From contig JAIOIW010000082.1 in NCBI GenBank assembly GCA_019912385.1, forward strand, positions 3,515-67,514: a stretch of DNA of 64,000 nt, given 5' to 3'. The stretch's first letter is position 1, and each line of letters starts with the position of its first letter. The stretch is from Notoacmeibacter sp. (lineage in GTDB: Bacteria; Pseudomonadota; Alphaproteobacteria; Rhizobiales; Rhizobiaceae). Shown one piece after another: positions 56,325-64,000 of the stretch. The notes below the pieces were generated by a model. The model searched no databases. It was not told the origin of the DNA and saw only the letters and a list, made by a program, of their open reading frames with translations. The translations under genes were made by a program, and so were the position numbers.

Positions 56325-59274
56325 GCAGGCGGCCTCCTTCCGGGTCGATGAAATGCGGGCTGACGATGCGGGCGTCAAAGTCGGTGCCTTCCAGCGGGCT
56401 GACAACGCGTATGATCTCGCCGATCCGGCTGGCTCCGCCTCGCAGGAATGCAAGCGCGATCGAACAGCCCAGATGCGGCGAGTGGGCGGCCGAGCTGACC
56501 CAACCCTGATCGCATTTCGCGCTGGTCTCCGAATCCAGATTAATCAGATGTGCGCCCGAGACAATCCTGTCGGCCGCCGACACCGGCTGAAGCCCGACAA
56601 GGCGCAAACCGTCCTCGTCGCTCAGCCCCTCGCGCCGCGACAGGACCGCGCCGATGCTGTCTTTTACAGTCGAAACCAACCGCCCCATGCCCAGCATCGC
56701 GGCCGTAGTCTGGCCGTTTAGCTCGTTTCCGGCCGCGTGTCCCTTTTCAATCCGCAGCACGCCAAGCGCCTCGGTGCCATAGGGTGTGACGCCATATTCT
56801 TCGCCCGCCTGCATGAGCTCGCGCATCAACGCGTCGCCGTATCGGGTTGGTACCGCGATCTCGTAGGCGAGTTCACCCGAAAACGAGATGCGGAACAGCC
56901 GCGCGCGCAGCCCGCCGCAGACCGTGACCCGACCGCAGGCCATGAACGGGAAGCCCTCGTTCGATATGTCGAAGACCGGATCAACGATCTTGCGCAGCAG
57001 GTTCCGCGCGTTCGGCCCGGCCACTGCATATTGCGCCCAGGCCTCGGTGGTCGAGATCAGCTGTACGTCCAGTTCCGGCCAAAGGCATTGGCGAGCGAAT
57101 TCCATGTGCCGGAACACGCTCACCGCATTGGCGGTGGTGGTGGTGACAACGAAATGGTCCTGCGCCAGCCGCGCGGCGGTGCCGTCGTCCTTGGCGATCC
57201 CGTCTTCGCGCAGCATCAGCCCGTAGCGGGTGCGCCCGACCGCTAGCTTTGCGAAGCCGTTGCAGTAGACGCGGTTCAGAAACTCTGCCGCGTCGGTCCC
57301 CTGCACGTCGATCTTGCCAAGCGTGGTGACATCGCAGACGCCAACCGAGGCGCGAACCGCCAAAACCTCGCGGTCGACGCTTTGCCGCCAGTGCGTTTCG
57401 CTTTGGCGCGCAAACCACTGCGCGCGCAGCCAGTTTCCGGTTTCGACGAAGACCGCGCCGTTCTGCTCAGCCCAGGCATGGCTTGGCGTCAGCCGGGTCG
57501 GGCGGAATGCCTTGCCGCGCGCACGACCGGCAAGCACCCCCATCGCCACCGGCGTATAGGGCGGGCGGAACACGGTGGTGCCGGTTTCGGGAATGGTCTT
57601 TCCCGCAAGCTCCGCCATGATCGCAAGCGCGCCCATATTGGCGGTCTTGCCCTGATCGGTTGCCATGCCCAGCGTCGTGTACCGCTTCAGTAGTTCGACC
57701 GAGCGGAAGCCCTCCCGATGTGCCAGCTTCACATCCTTCACCGTGACGTCGTTCTGCTGGTCGAGCCAGGCGCGGCCCTTGCCGTGCCGCACATACCAGT
57801 GCGGCGCGATCCGCACCGGCGCATCCTCGGCGCGCGGAAGCTCGGGCAGGTGCGCGGCGGTGCCCAGATCGGCAAGTGCTACCTGCGCGGCTTCGGCGCC
57901 GCTTACCAATGCCGCCGCGGTCGAAAACTGCCCCAGCGCCGCGCCCGCGACGCGCAGTCCGGGGGGGATTTTTTCGCCAGGTCCGAAGGCCGCGATATCG
58001 CCGTTCCAGGCCGGACGCCCGTTCTGGTGGCACAGCAGCGATACGTTTGGGTTCCAGCCCCCCGAGACCCCAAGCGCGCCGCAGTCGATGCGCCGGGTCC
58101 TGCCGTTCGCCAGCCGCACCGAGATATTTTCGAGCCCGAGCCTGCCGTGCGTGTCGATCACCTCGGCACCTGCGATCACCTCATAGAGCTCGGACCTCGG
58201 CGCATCGGCACGGGTGTCGATCACCGCGCAGACCCCAACGCCCTTTGCGGCAAGATCGGCGGCACTGCGGTGGCCATCGTCGTTGTTGGTGAAAATCGCG
58301 GCGCGCCGGTGCACGGCCACTCCCCAGCGATTGGCATAGGCGCGCAGCGCGCCAGCCAGCATGATCCCCGGTCGGTCGTTGCGCTCAAAGGCGATGGGGC
58401 GCTCGATGGCGCCGGTGCAGAGCACTGCTCGGCGCGCGTAGGTACGCCAGAGTATCTGGCGCGGTTTACCCTCGACCGGCACGGAAAGATGGTCCGAGAC
58501 GCGCTCGACGATGCCGTAGATGCCGTGATCGAATGCACCCACCACGGTGCTGCGCGGCATCAGCCGCAGGTTCGGCATCGCCTGCAGTTCAGCCAGCGTC
58601 GCCGCTAGCCATTCCCCGGCGGGGGCGTCGTTCAGCTCCATGCGCTCGGCGATCAACCGACCGCCAAGCACATAGTCTTCGTCGGCAAGCACCACCTGCG
58701 CCCCTGCCCGCGCAGCGGTCAGGGCCGCGGCAAGACCCGCGGGCCCAGCGCCAATCACCAGCAGGTCGCAATGCAGAAAACCTTTGTCATAGCTGTCGGG
58801 ATCGGGCTGCATCGACAGCCGACCCAACCCGGCAGCGTTGCGGATGACCGGCTCGTAAAGCTTTTCCCAGAACGCCTTCGGCCACATGAAGGTCTTGTAG
58901 TAAAACCCCGCGGCCAGAAAGTTGGACATCACATCGTTGATGGCGAGAGCGTCCCGTTTCAGCGACGGCCAACGGTTCTGGCTCTGCGCCTCAAGTCCGT
59001 CGAACAGCTCGGCGGTGGTCGCGCGCGTGTTCGGCTCCCGCTGTCCGCCGGAGCGCAGCTCGACCAGCGCGTTCGGTTCTTCCGATCCGGCAGTCAGTGG
59101 ACCGCGCGGGCGGTGGTATTTGAAGCTGCGCCCCATCAGGCGAACTCCGTTGGCCAGGAGCGCAGAGGCGAGCGTGTCGCCCGCGTAGCCCCGCAGCGCC
59201 TTGCCATCAAACGTGAAATTCAGCGGCTTCGTGCGATCGACAAGACCGCCTTGCAACCTGTTGGTTTGGTTCAA
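56317..59274 (-). CDS. soxA: Sarcosine oxidase alpha subunit
   Basis: 985 aa with N-terminus FTFDGKALRGYAGDTLASALLANGVRLMGRSFKYHRPRG, dinucleotide-binding motif DLLVIGAGPAGLAAAL, and a C-terminal aminomethyltransferase-like folate domain. Confidence 0.92.
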   Translation of the reverse strand: MNQTNRLQGGLVDRTKPLNFTFDGKALRGYAGDTLASALLANGVRLMGRSFKYHRPRGPLTAGSEEPNALVELRSGGQREPNTRATTAELFDGLEAQSQNRWPSLKRDALAINDVMSNFLAAGFYYKTFMWPKAFWEKLYEPVIRNAAGLGRLSMQPDPDSYDKGFLHCDLLVIGAGPAGLAAALTAARAGAQVVLADEDYVLGGRLIAERMELNDAPAGEWLAATLAELQAMPNLRLMPRSTVVGAFDHGIYGIVERVSDHLSVPVEGKPRQILWRTYARRAVLCTGAIERPIAFERNDRPGIMLAGALRAYANRWGVAVHRRAAIFTNNDDGHRSAADLAAKGVGVCAVIDTRADAPRSELYEVIAGAEVIDTHGRLGLENISVRLANGRTRRIDCGALGVSGGWNPNVSLLCHQNGRPAWNGDIAAFGPGEKIPPGLRVAGAALGQFSTAAALVSGAEAAQVALADLGTAAHLPELPRAEDAPVRIAPHWYVRHGKGRAWLDQQNDVTVKDVKLAHREGFRSVELLKRYTTLGMATDQGKTANMGALAIMAELAGKTIPETGTTVFRPPYTPVAMGVLAGRARGKAFRPTRLTPSHAWAEQNGAVFVETGNWLRAQWFARQSETHWRQSVDREVLAVRASVGVCDVTTLGKIDVQGTDAAEFLNRVYCNGFAKLAVGRTRYGLMLREDGIAKDDGTAARLAQDHFVVTTTTANAVSVFRHMEFARQCLWPELDVQLISTTEAWAQYAVAGPNARNLLRKIVDPVFDISNEGFPFMACGRVTVCGGLRARLFRISFSGELAYEIAVPTRYGDALMRELMQAGEEYGVTPYGTEALGVLRIEKGHAAGNELNGQTTAAMLGMGRLVSTVKDSIGAVLSRREGLSDEDGLRLVGLQPVSAADRIVSGAHLINLDSETSAKCDQGWVSSAAHSPHLGCSIALAFLRGGASRIGEIIRVVSPLEGTDFDARIVSPHFIDPEGGRLRA

Positions 59275-59558
59275 TTTCTTCCCCCCCGCGCTAACGCCAC
59301 ATTGCGCGCAAGCTCGACCTCAGTGATTTCATGGGTCAGCGTATTGCGCGTGACCACAAGCCACGAGCGGTCGCCCTGTTCGTGATACCAAAGCTCGCGG
59401 TGGGAGCCAGCGGGGTTTTCGCGCAGATACAGGTAATCAAAGAACTGCTGCGCGGCGTCCGGCGCCGCGGGATCGGGCCTTTCGATCAGACGCGCGTCGC
59501 CCAGATAGCTGAACTCCTGCGCATCACGCGGGCCCAGAAGCGGGTGGTTGATGATCAT
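59271..59558 (-). CDS. soxD: Sarcosine oxidase delta subunit (cysteine-free variant)
   Basis: 95 aa between soxB and soxA with GPRDAQEFSY and TRNTLTHEI motifs. It contains no Cys residue. Confidence 0.85.
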   Translation of the reverse strand: MIINHPLLGPRDAQEFSYLGDARLIERPDPAAPDAAQQFFDYLYLRENPAGSHRELWYHEQGDRSWLVVTRNTLTHEITEVELARNVALARGGRN

Positions 59559-59571
59559 ACTCAGGGTTCCC

Positions 59572-60822
59572 TCAATGCAAATTGGGCTGCGCGCCCATGC
59601 CTTTTTCGTCGATCATCCGGCCGGTGAGGAACCGATCCAGCCGATAGGCCCCGGCGGTGGTATGCGGGGTGTCAGTGGCCAGCAGATGCGCGAATGCGTA
59701 GCCAGAGGCGGGCGTCGCCTTGAAACCGCCGTAGCACCAGCCGCCGTTGAAATAGAGCCCGTCAATAGGGGTCCGGTCGATGATCGGCGAGCCGTCCATC
59801 GACATGTCCATGATCCCGCCCCACATCCGCAGCAGCCGCGCGCGCCCAATGATCGGCATCAGCGCCATGCCGCCTTCGGCCACATCCTCGACCGTGGGCA
59901 GGTTGCCGCGCTGCGCATAGGAGTTGTACCCATCAAGGTCACCCCCGAACACCAGCCCGCCCTTGTCGGACTGACTCACATAAAAATGCCCCGCCCCGAA
60001 TGTGATAACGCCGGGCACCACCGGCTTCAGCGCTTCGGTCACGAAGGCCTGCAATACATGCGATTCAATCGGCAACCGCATTCCCGCCATCGCCATCAGG
60101 CGGCTTGAGTTTCCGGCCACCGCGCAACCGACCTTGCCCGCCGCGATATAGCCGCGCGTGGTCTCGACGCCGGTGATGGTGCCGCCGTTCATCCGGAAGC
60201 CCGTGACTTTGCAATTCTGGATGATATCGACCCCGCGCTTGTCGGCCGCGCGCGCATAGCCCCAAGCCACCGCGTCATGGCGCACGGTCCCGCCGCGCCG
60301 CTGCAACAGGCCGCCATTGATCGGGAACCGCGCATTGTCGAAATCGAGGAACGGCGCCATCTTGCGCACCTGCTCGCGGCTCAGCAGTTCGGCGTCGGCT
60401 CCGTTCATCAGCATCGCATTGCCGCGCCGCCGGAACGCATCGCGCTGCGCGTCCGAATGGCTGAGGTTCAGGATCCCGCGCTGGCTGACCATCGCGTTGT
60501 AGTTGAGCTCTTGCTCGAGCCCTTCCCAAAGCTTCATCGAAAATTCGTAGAACGGCTCGTTTCCGTCCAGCATGTAGTTGGAGCGGATGATCGTGGTGTT
60601 GCGGCCGATGTTGCCGCCGCCGAGCCAGCCCTTTTCCAGCACCGCGATGCGCGCCTTGCTGAACACGCTGGCGAGGTAAAAGGCGGTCGCCAACCCATGC
60701 CCGCCGCCGCCGATGATAAGGTAATCATACGCCGCCTGCGGCTCGGGCTCGCGCCACGCGGGGCGCCAGCCCTTGTGACCCGTCAGCCCCTCTTTCAAAA
60801 TCCTGAAGCCCGAGTAGCGCAT
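59572..60822 (-). CDS. soxB: Sarcosine oxidase beta subunit (FAD/FMN)
   Basis: 416 aa with a typical SoxB N-terminus (GWRPAWREPEPQAAYDYLIIGGGGHGLATAFYLA). Confidence 0.92.
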   Translation of the reverse strand: MRYSGFRILKEGLTGHKGWRPAWREPEPQAAYDYLIIGGGGHGLATAFYLASVFSKARIAVLEKGWLGGGNIGRNTTIIRSNYMLDGNEPFYEFSMKLWEGLEQELNYNAMVSQRGILNLSHSDAQRDAFRRRGNAMLMNGADAELLSREQVRKMAPFLDFDNARFPINGGLLQRRGGTVRHDAVAWGYARAADKRGVDIIQNCKVTGFRMNGGTITGVETTRGYIAAGKVGCAVAGNSSRLMAMAGMRLPIESHVLQAFVTEALKPVVPGVITFGAGHFYVSQSDKGGLVFGGDLDGYNSYAQRGNLPTVEDVAEGGMALMPIIGRARLLRMWGGIMDMSMDGSPIIDRTPIDGLYFNGGWCYGGFKATPASGYAFAHLLATDTPHTTAGAYRLDRFLTGRMIDEKGMGAQPNLH

Positions 60823-60946
60823 GGATGGTCCTTCCTGGTGATCTGCGCTGCCTTTGTTTCATGTTCGGGATTTCAAAGCTGTTCCGTTCTTGACTTTTTC
60901 CGTACTCACTTTGACAGTCCAGCCGACTTTTTAAGGATCCCGTGCA

Positions 60947-61930
60947 ATGCGTGACACCCCGGCAGCTTCCGACCCGATGAAACTGGGTTTCCTGCTGATC
61001 GACGGCTACGCGCTTATGTCGACATCGGCTGCGGTCGAGCCGTTGCGCGCGGCTAACCTTCTGGCCAGCAAAACGCTTTACGACCTGCGCTTCCTGTCGC
61101 CCGCGCACAGCTGCGCGATGTCGTCAGTTGGCAGCTATTTTAAAACCGAGCCTATCGCGGAGGCCGGCACCGATTTCGACCTGGTGTTTGTTGTCGCGGG
61201 GGGCGAGCCGCTGTCGTTTCGTGACAGTACCGTCACCCGCTATCTAAAGACGCTCGATGCGCGACGCGTCAGTCTGGGCGGGATTTCGGGCGGGGCCGCG
61301 ATTTTGGCGCTGGCGGGGCTTATGGAAAACCGACGCTTCACACTTCACTGGCAGCATATTGACGCCCTGCGTGACCTTTCGGACCGGTTACTGATCGAAC
61401 GGCGGTTGTTCGTCATCGACCGCGACCGCTACACCTGCGCGGGCGGCGTGGCGCCGCTTGACATGATGCATGCGATGGTTTCGGCCAAGCATGGCGCCCG
61501 TTTCGCCCGCAGTATCAGCGACTGGTTCATTCATACCGAAATCCGCCCCGCAGAAGACCCGCAGCGCGCCGGGATCGGTGCGCAGTACAACGTTCAGCAC
61601 CCCGCACTGCTAGCCGCGATCGAGCTGATGAATAGCCACATCGCGGACCCGCTGTCGCTCGGCCAGCTTGGCATCCTGTCGGGTATTGGCGTACGCCAGT
61701 TGGAGCGGCTTTCGCTTCAGCATCTGGGCCAGCCGCTGATGCGCTTTTACCGGGAGATGCGGCTACAAAAGGCCGATGAACTGGTGCAGCAATCGGCGCT
61801 TGCGCTGGTCGATGTGGGACTCGCGATAGGATGCGCAAACGCATCGCATTTTTCGCGCCTTTTCAAAGGCCACTTCGGGATCACGCCTAAGCAACGCAGG
61901 GCGAGACCGAGACCGACAAACGGCGGATGA
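60947..61930 (+). CDS. AraC-family regulator with N-terminal DJ-1/GATase-1-like domain (GlxA/GbdR/SouR type)
   Basis: 327 aa with an N-terminal GATase-1-like domain (LGFLLIDGYALMSTSAAVEPLRAAN...) and a C-terminal AraC HTH (GCANASHFSRLFKGHFGITPKQRR). It is divergent from soxB. Confidence 0.85.
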   Translation: MRDTPAASDPMKLGFLLIDGYALMSTSAAVEPLRAANLLASKTLYDLRFLSPAHSCAMSSVGSYFKTEPIAEAGTDFDLVFVVAGGEPLSFRDSTVTRYLKTLDARRVSLGGISGGAAILALAGLMENRRFTLHWQHIDALRDLSDRLLIERRLFVIDRDRYTCAGGVAPLDMMHAMVSAKHGARFARSISDWFIHTEIRPAEDPQRAGIGAQYNVQHPALLAAIELMNSHIADPLSLGQLGILSGIGVRQLERLSLQHLGQPLMRFYREMRLQKADELVQQSALALVDVGLAIGCANASHFSRLFKGHFGITPKQRRARPRPTNGG

Positions 61931-61989
61931 TCGGAATTCCGATGTACCCTGAAGATTCCCACTGACGTTCCAAACCCGTTGATCGGCAA

Positions 61990-62190
61990 GTTTGCAATCG
62001 CGATCTATCGAAACGCTATCCGGTCATCGCAATCTGCAAACCGCTCGGATCATAGCGCACCCAATCGCAAAGCATTCCCGGGAGGCAACAATCCGATCCC
62101 GCCAGAAAGCACCCCAATCCCACGTAACGGCAATATGATCCCACCAAACGACAATCACATCCCGCTCTGCGACAATCCTGTCCCGGCAAA
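61990..62190 (+). repeat. Array of about 8 same-orientation CAATC-core direct repeats; the last three (62152, 62173 and the related 62131) are spaced exactly 21 bp apart
   Basis: GCAATCGCGATC (61995), GCAATCTGCAAAC (62027), CCAATCGCAAAGC (62062), ACAATCCGATCCCGCC (62089), CCAATCCCAC (62114), GCAATATGATCCCACC (62130), GACAATCACATCCCGCT (62150), GACAATCCTGTCCCGGC (62171). The region is non-coding. Confidence 0.5.
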
Positions 62191-62636
62191 CGGTACGAAT
62201 TCGAGCCTAAGTTACAGCTCATCCGGGCGCTTTGCCCGCCCGTCCAGGTCTCGTTTTGGTCGTCTGTCAGCCACGGCAGGACCGGCCAATCTGCCCTATG
62301 CCACTGAATTCCCCTGACTTTTAGCGAAGTCGCTGTCGAAATCAAACCAGGAAACCCTTCATTTGGTGCAAACGACAAGAGACTGGTTCGCGCAAGAAAA
62401 AAAGCACAGCCACCACCGTCAAGATATTGATAAATAACGATTTTCCGTCGAAATAGCGGCGGGAATTCAATGGTATGCGGGCTTCTGGTACAAACAGAGA
62501 CTGCATTTCTGCCGCGGAATCAGGCCTGAATCGGCGAAAGTCTCTGTCGCCCAATTCGGGGCTGACAGTTTGCGGAAAATGCATCGGCCGATGATCGGGC
62601 GCGGATAGCAAAGTCGGACTTCCTGGAAGTTCTCTT

Positions 62637-62963
62637 TCAGAGCGTGGCGACAATGCGGCGTTGGGCTTGCCAGTCGGACGGCAGCGGGTTCTGACCCAGC
62701 CACTTGGCGGTCAGGCCAATCGGCTGATCGCCGTGGATGACCGATTTGACGATGTCGGGGGCGATGAAGGCCAGATCGATCACCTGCAGGATCCGACGCT
62801 TCGATAGCTTCTCCGAAGCCGCGATCTCCTCAAATGTTTGGCCCCGCTTGATCGCGTCATAGTACCGATGGGCTTTAGCAATGCTCTTGATCAGGGTTTC
62901 GTCGAGAGCCCTGCTCAGGCCGTTTTCGATAATCAGCTTCGCTTCCACGCCACGCTTCCTCAA
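62637..62963 (-). pseudogene. C-terminal fragment of a recombinase-type protein (HTH tail only)
   Basis: The 108-aa ORF (…FEEIAASEKLSKRRILQVIDLAFIAPDIVKSVIHGDQPIGLTAKWL…LPSDWQAQRR) resembles the C-terminal tails of large serine recombinases/resolvases from memory. No catalytic N-terminal domain lies upstream. Confidence 0.45.
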
Positions 62964-63262
62964 CTGGAACGGTGTCGTGAAGATTGAATAGCCCGTAGAT
63001 ACTGAGGTTGTCCTATTGGACCAAACTTGCGAAATCGGAATAGTAACGGGGTCCCGGCCGGCGCCGTTCAGGACCCCAGCCTAAACCTAATTCCATACGG
63101 AATATCAAAGCTTTGCACACAAGCATAGGGGGTCCCCTTGGACGCCGGTTCACAGCTTGGGAATACGGGAGCAGCGGACAATGCCATCCAGCCGACGCGC
63201 TCGTTGGTCAGCGCAAAACCGTAACTGAATTCTGAGATTTCCGGGATCAATCGACAAGCCTG

Positions 63263-64000
63263 TTATTTCTCGTGCTGAGGAGGGAACAGGCCCGGCATCC
63301 AGTATTCAGCCAGGGCCGCCGGAAAGGCGAGCGACAAAGGTGCCCGCGGGCTTTGCGAGAACAGGACCCCATGGTCCAGCAGGGCGGACGTCACTCTGCG
63401 GGCCTGACGATCGGTTACGCCCAGCAGGCCTGGAACATCACCGCGTGGCAGTCCACCGCGATAGAGGACGGCCTCAAGGACCTGCCCCGCGCTTGCCGGG
63501 AGCCGGTCAGCGCGAACCTCCATCTCGGCCCAGCGCAGAATGCGCTCCCGCAACCGATCGGGCGCGACCAGTTCACGCATGAAGCGCACCTGGTCCAGAC
63601 ACGTTTCAAGGAAGTAGGCCGTGAACCGGGCGAGGTTTTCCTCGCTGAGCGTTCCCCGGCCGTCGAGATCATTGCGCCGCTCCATGTCGCAGGCCGCCAG
63701 ATGGCGTTTGTAGTTTCTCTCGTCGCGGGCAAGGCCGCGCGCCACGGACCAGACGGCACCTGTGTCCATGGCCTCAAGCTGCATTGCATGCGTCATGAGG
63801 CGTGCGACGCGGCCGTTTCCATCGAGGAAGGGATGAATCCAAAGCAGGCGATGGTGCGCCGCAGCCGCTGCGAGGATGGAGTCGACCCGCCCCAGCTGCC
63901 GATAGGCGTCATGGAAACGATCGAGAAACCGCGGCAGCGCGCCTGGGCTGACAGATATGTGCCGGCCGACCCGCACGTCCCGCTGCCTCAGTTCGCCGGG
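63263..64000 (-). CDS. Fic-family protein (AMPylase/Fido domain), N-terminus beyond the window
   Basis: Shows the Fic motif HPFLDGNGRVAR and a C-terminal wHTH-like region. The frame stays open upstream of the first Met (63976) to the window edge. Confidence 0.85.
   Translation of the reverse strand, partial: PGELRQRDVRVGRHISVSPGALPRFLDRFHDAYRQLGRVDSILAAAAAHHRLLWIHPFLDGNGRVARLMTHAMQLEAMDTGAVWSVARGLARDERNYKRHLAACDMERRNDLDGRGTLSEENLARFTAYFLETCLDQVRFMRELVAPDRLRERILRWAEMEVRADRLPASAGQVLEAVLYRGGLPRGDVPGLLGVTDRQARRVTSALLDHGVLFSQSPRAPLSLAFPAALAEYWMPGLFPPQHEK

Noticed and set aside
1174-62190. Idea that the CAATC repeat array plus the CRISPR-Cas locus could be a CRISPR-associated (Tn7-like) transposon
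   Set aside because: The locus is a standard interference-competent I-C system with cas3 and the cas1/cas2/cas4 adaptation genes. No tnsA/B/C or tniQ genes are present in the window. The repeat array lies 50 kb away, with ordinary catabolic operons and IS elements in between.
62494-62548. 9-bp inverted repeat ACAGAGACT-N37-AGTCTCTGT with an internal CAGGCCTG palindrome
   Set aside because: It is a single moderate hairpin in a decayed non-coding region. There is no flanking promoter or terminator context and no recognisable RNA family, so evidence for an ncRNA call is insufficient.

Overview
High-GC accessory region whose gene content looks alphaproteobacterial (Rhizobiales/Rhodobacterales style). 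No rRNA or tRNA genes were seen. Layout: (1) 1-1173 is non-coding or small-ORF DNA, including a translationally coupled 29-aa + 114-aa ORF pair closed by a perfect palindromic terminator. (2) 1174-11928 is a complete, canonically ordered type I-C CRISPR-Cas locus (cas3-cas5-cas8c-cas7-cas4-cas1-cas2) with a 43-repeat/42-spacer array. (3) 12.0-38.4 kb is a catabolic island. It holds two TRAP transporters, one peptide-type ABC importer, MarR and TetR regulators, two M20 amidohydrolases, two AMP-ligases, an ornithine-cyclodeaminase homologue, several alpha/beta and serine hydrolases, and an adjacent trio: N,N-dimethylformamidase-large-subunit homologue, isocyanide-hydratase-like DJ-1/PfpI protein, and MaoC hydratase. 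(4) 38.4-40.0 kb is an IS junction: an AT-rich tract, an intact IS5-family element and a truncated IS3-family orfA. (5) 40-62 kb is a second catabolic block. It holds a peptide-type ABC importer with a CocE/NonD hydrolase, two GntR regulators, a TRAP system with an M24-fold protein and a C-N hydrolase, purU-soxGADB, and an AraC/GATase-1 regulator. (6) 62-64 kb is a decayed mobile region: a direct-repeat array, a recombinase fragment and a Fic gene cut by the window edge. I did not find a convincing, wholly new multi-gene defence system. The best candidates for novelty are the ICH-like/DMFase-like pairing (a possible isonitrile-to-formamide-to-amine route), the uncharacterised coupled ORF pair just upstream of cas3, the metal-ligand-deficient M24 protein cluster next to a cysteine-free SoxD sarcosine-oxidase operon, a conserved about 22-bp motif shared by three promoter regions in the island, and the 21-bp-periodic CAATC repeat array at 62.0-62.2 kb. 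All calls come from reading the sequence and ORF translations by eye. No database search was run.
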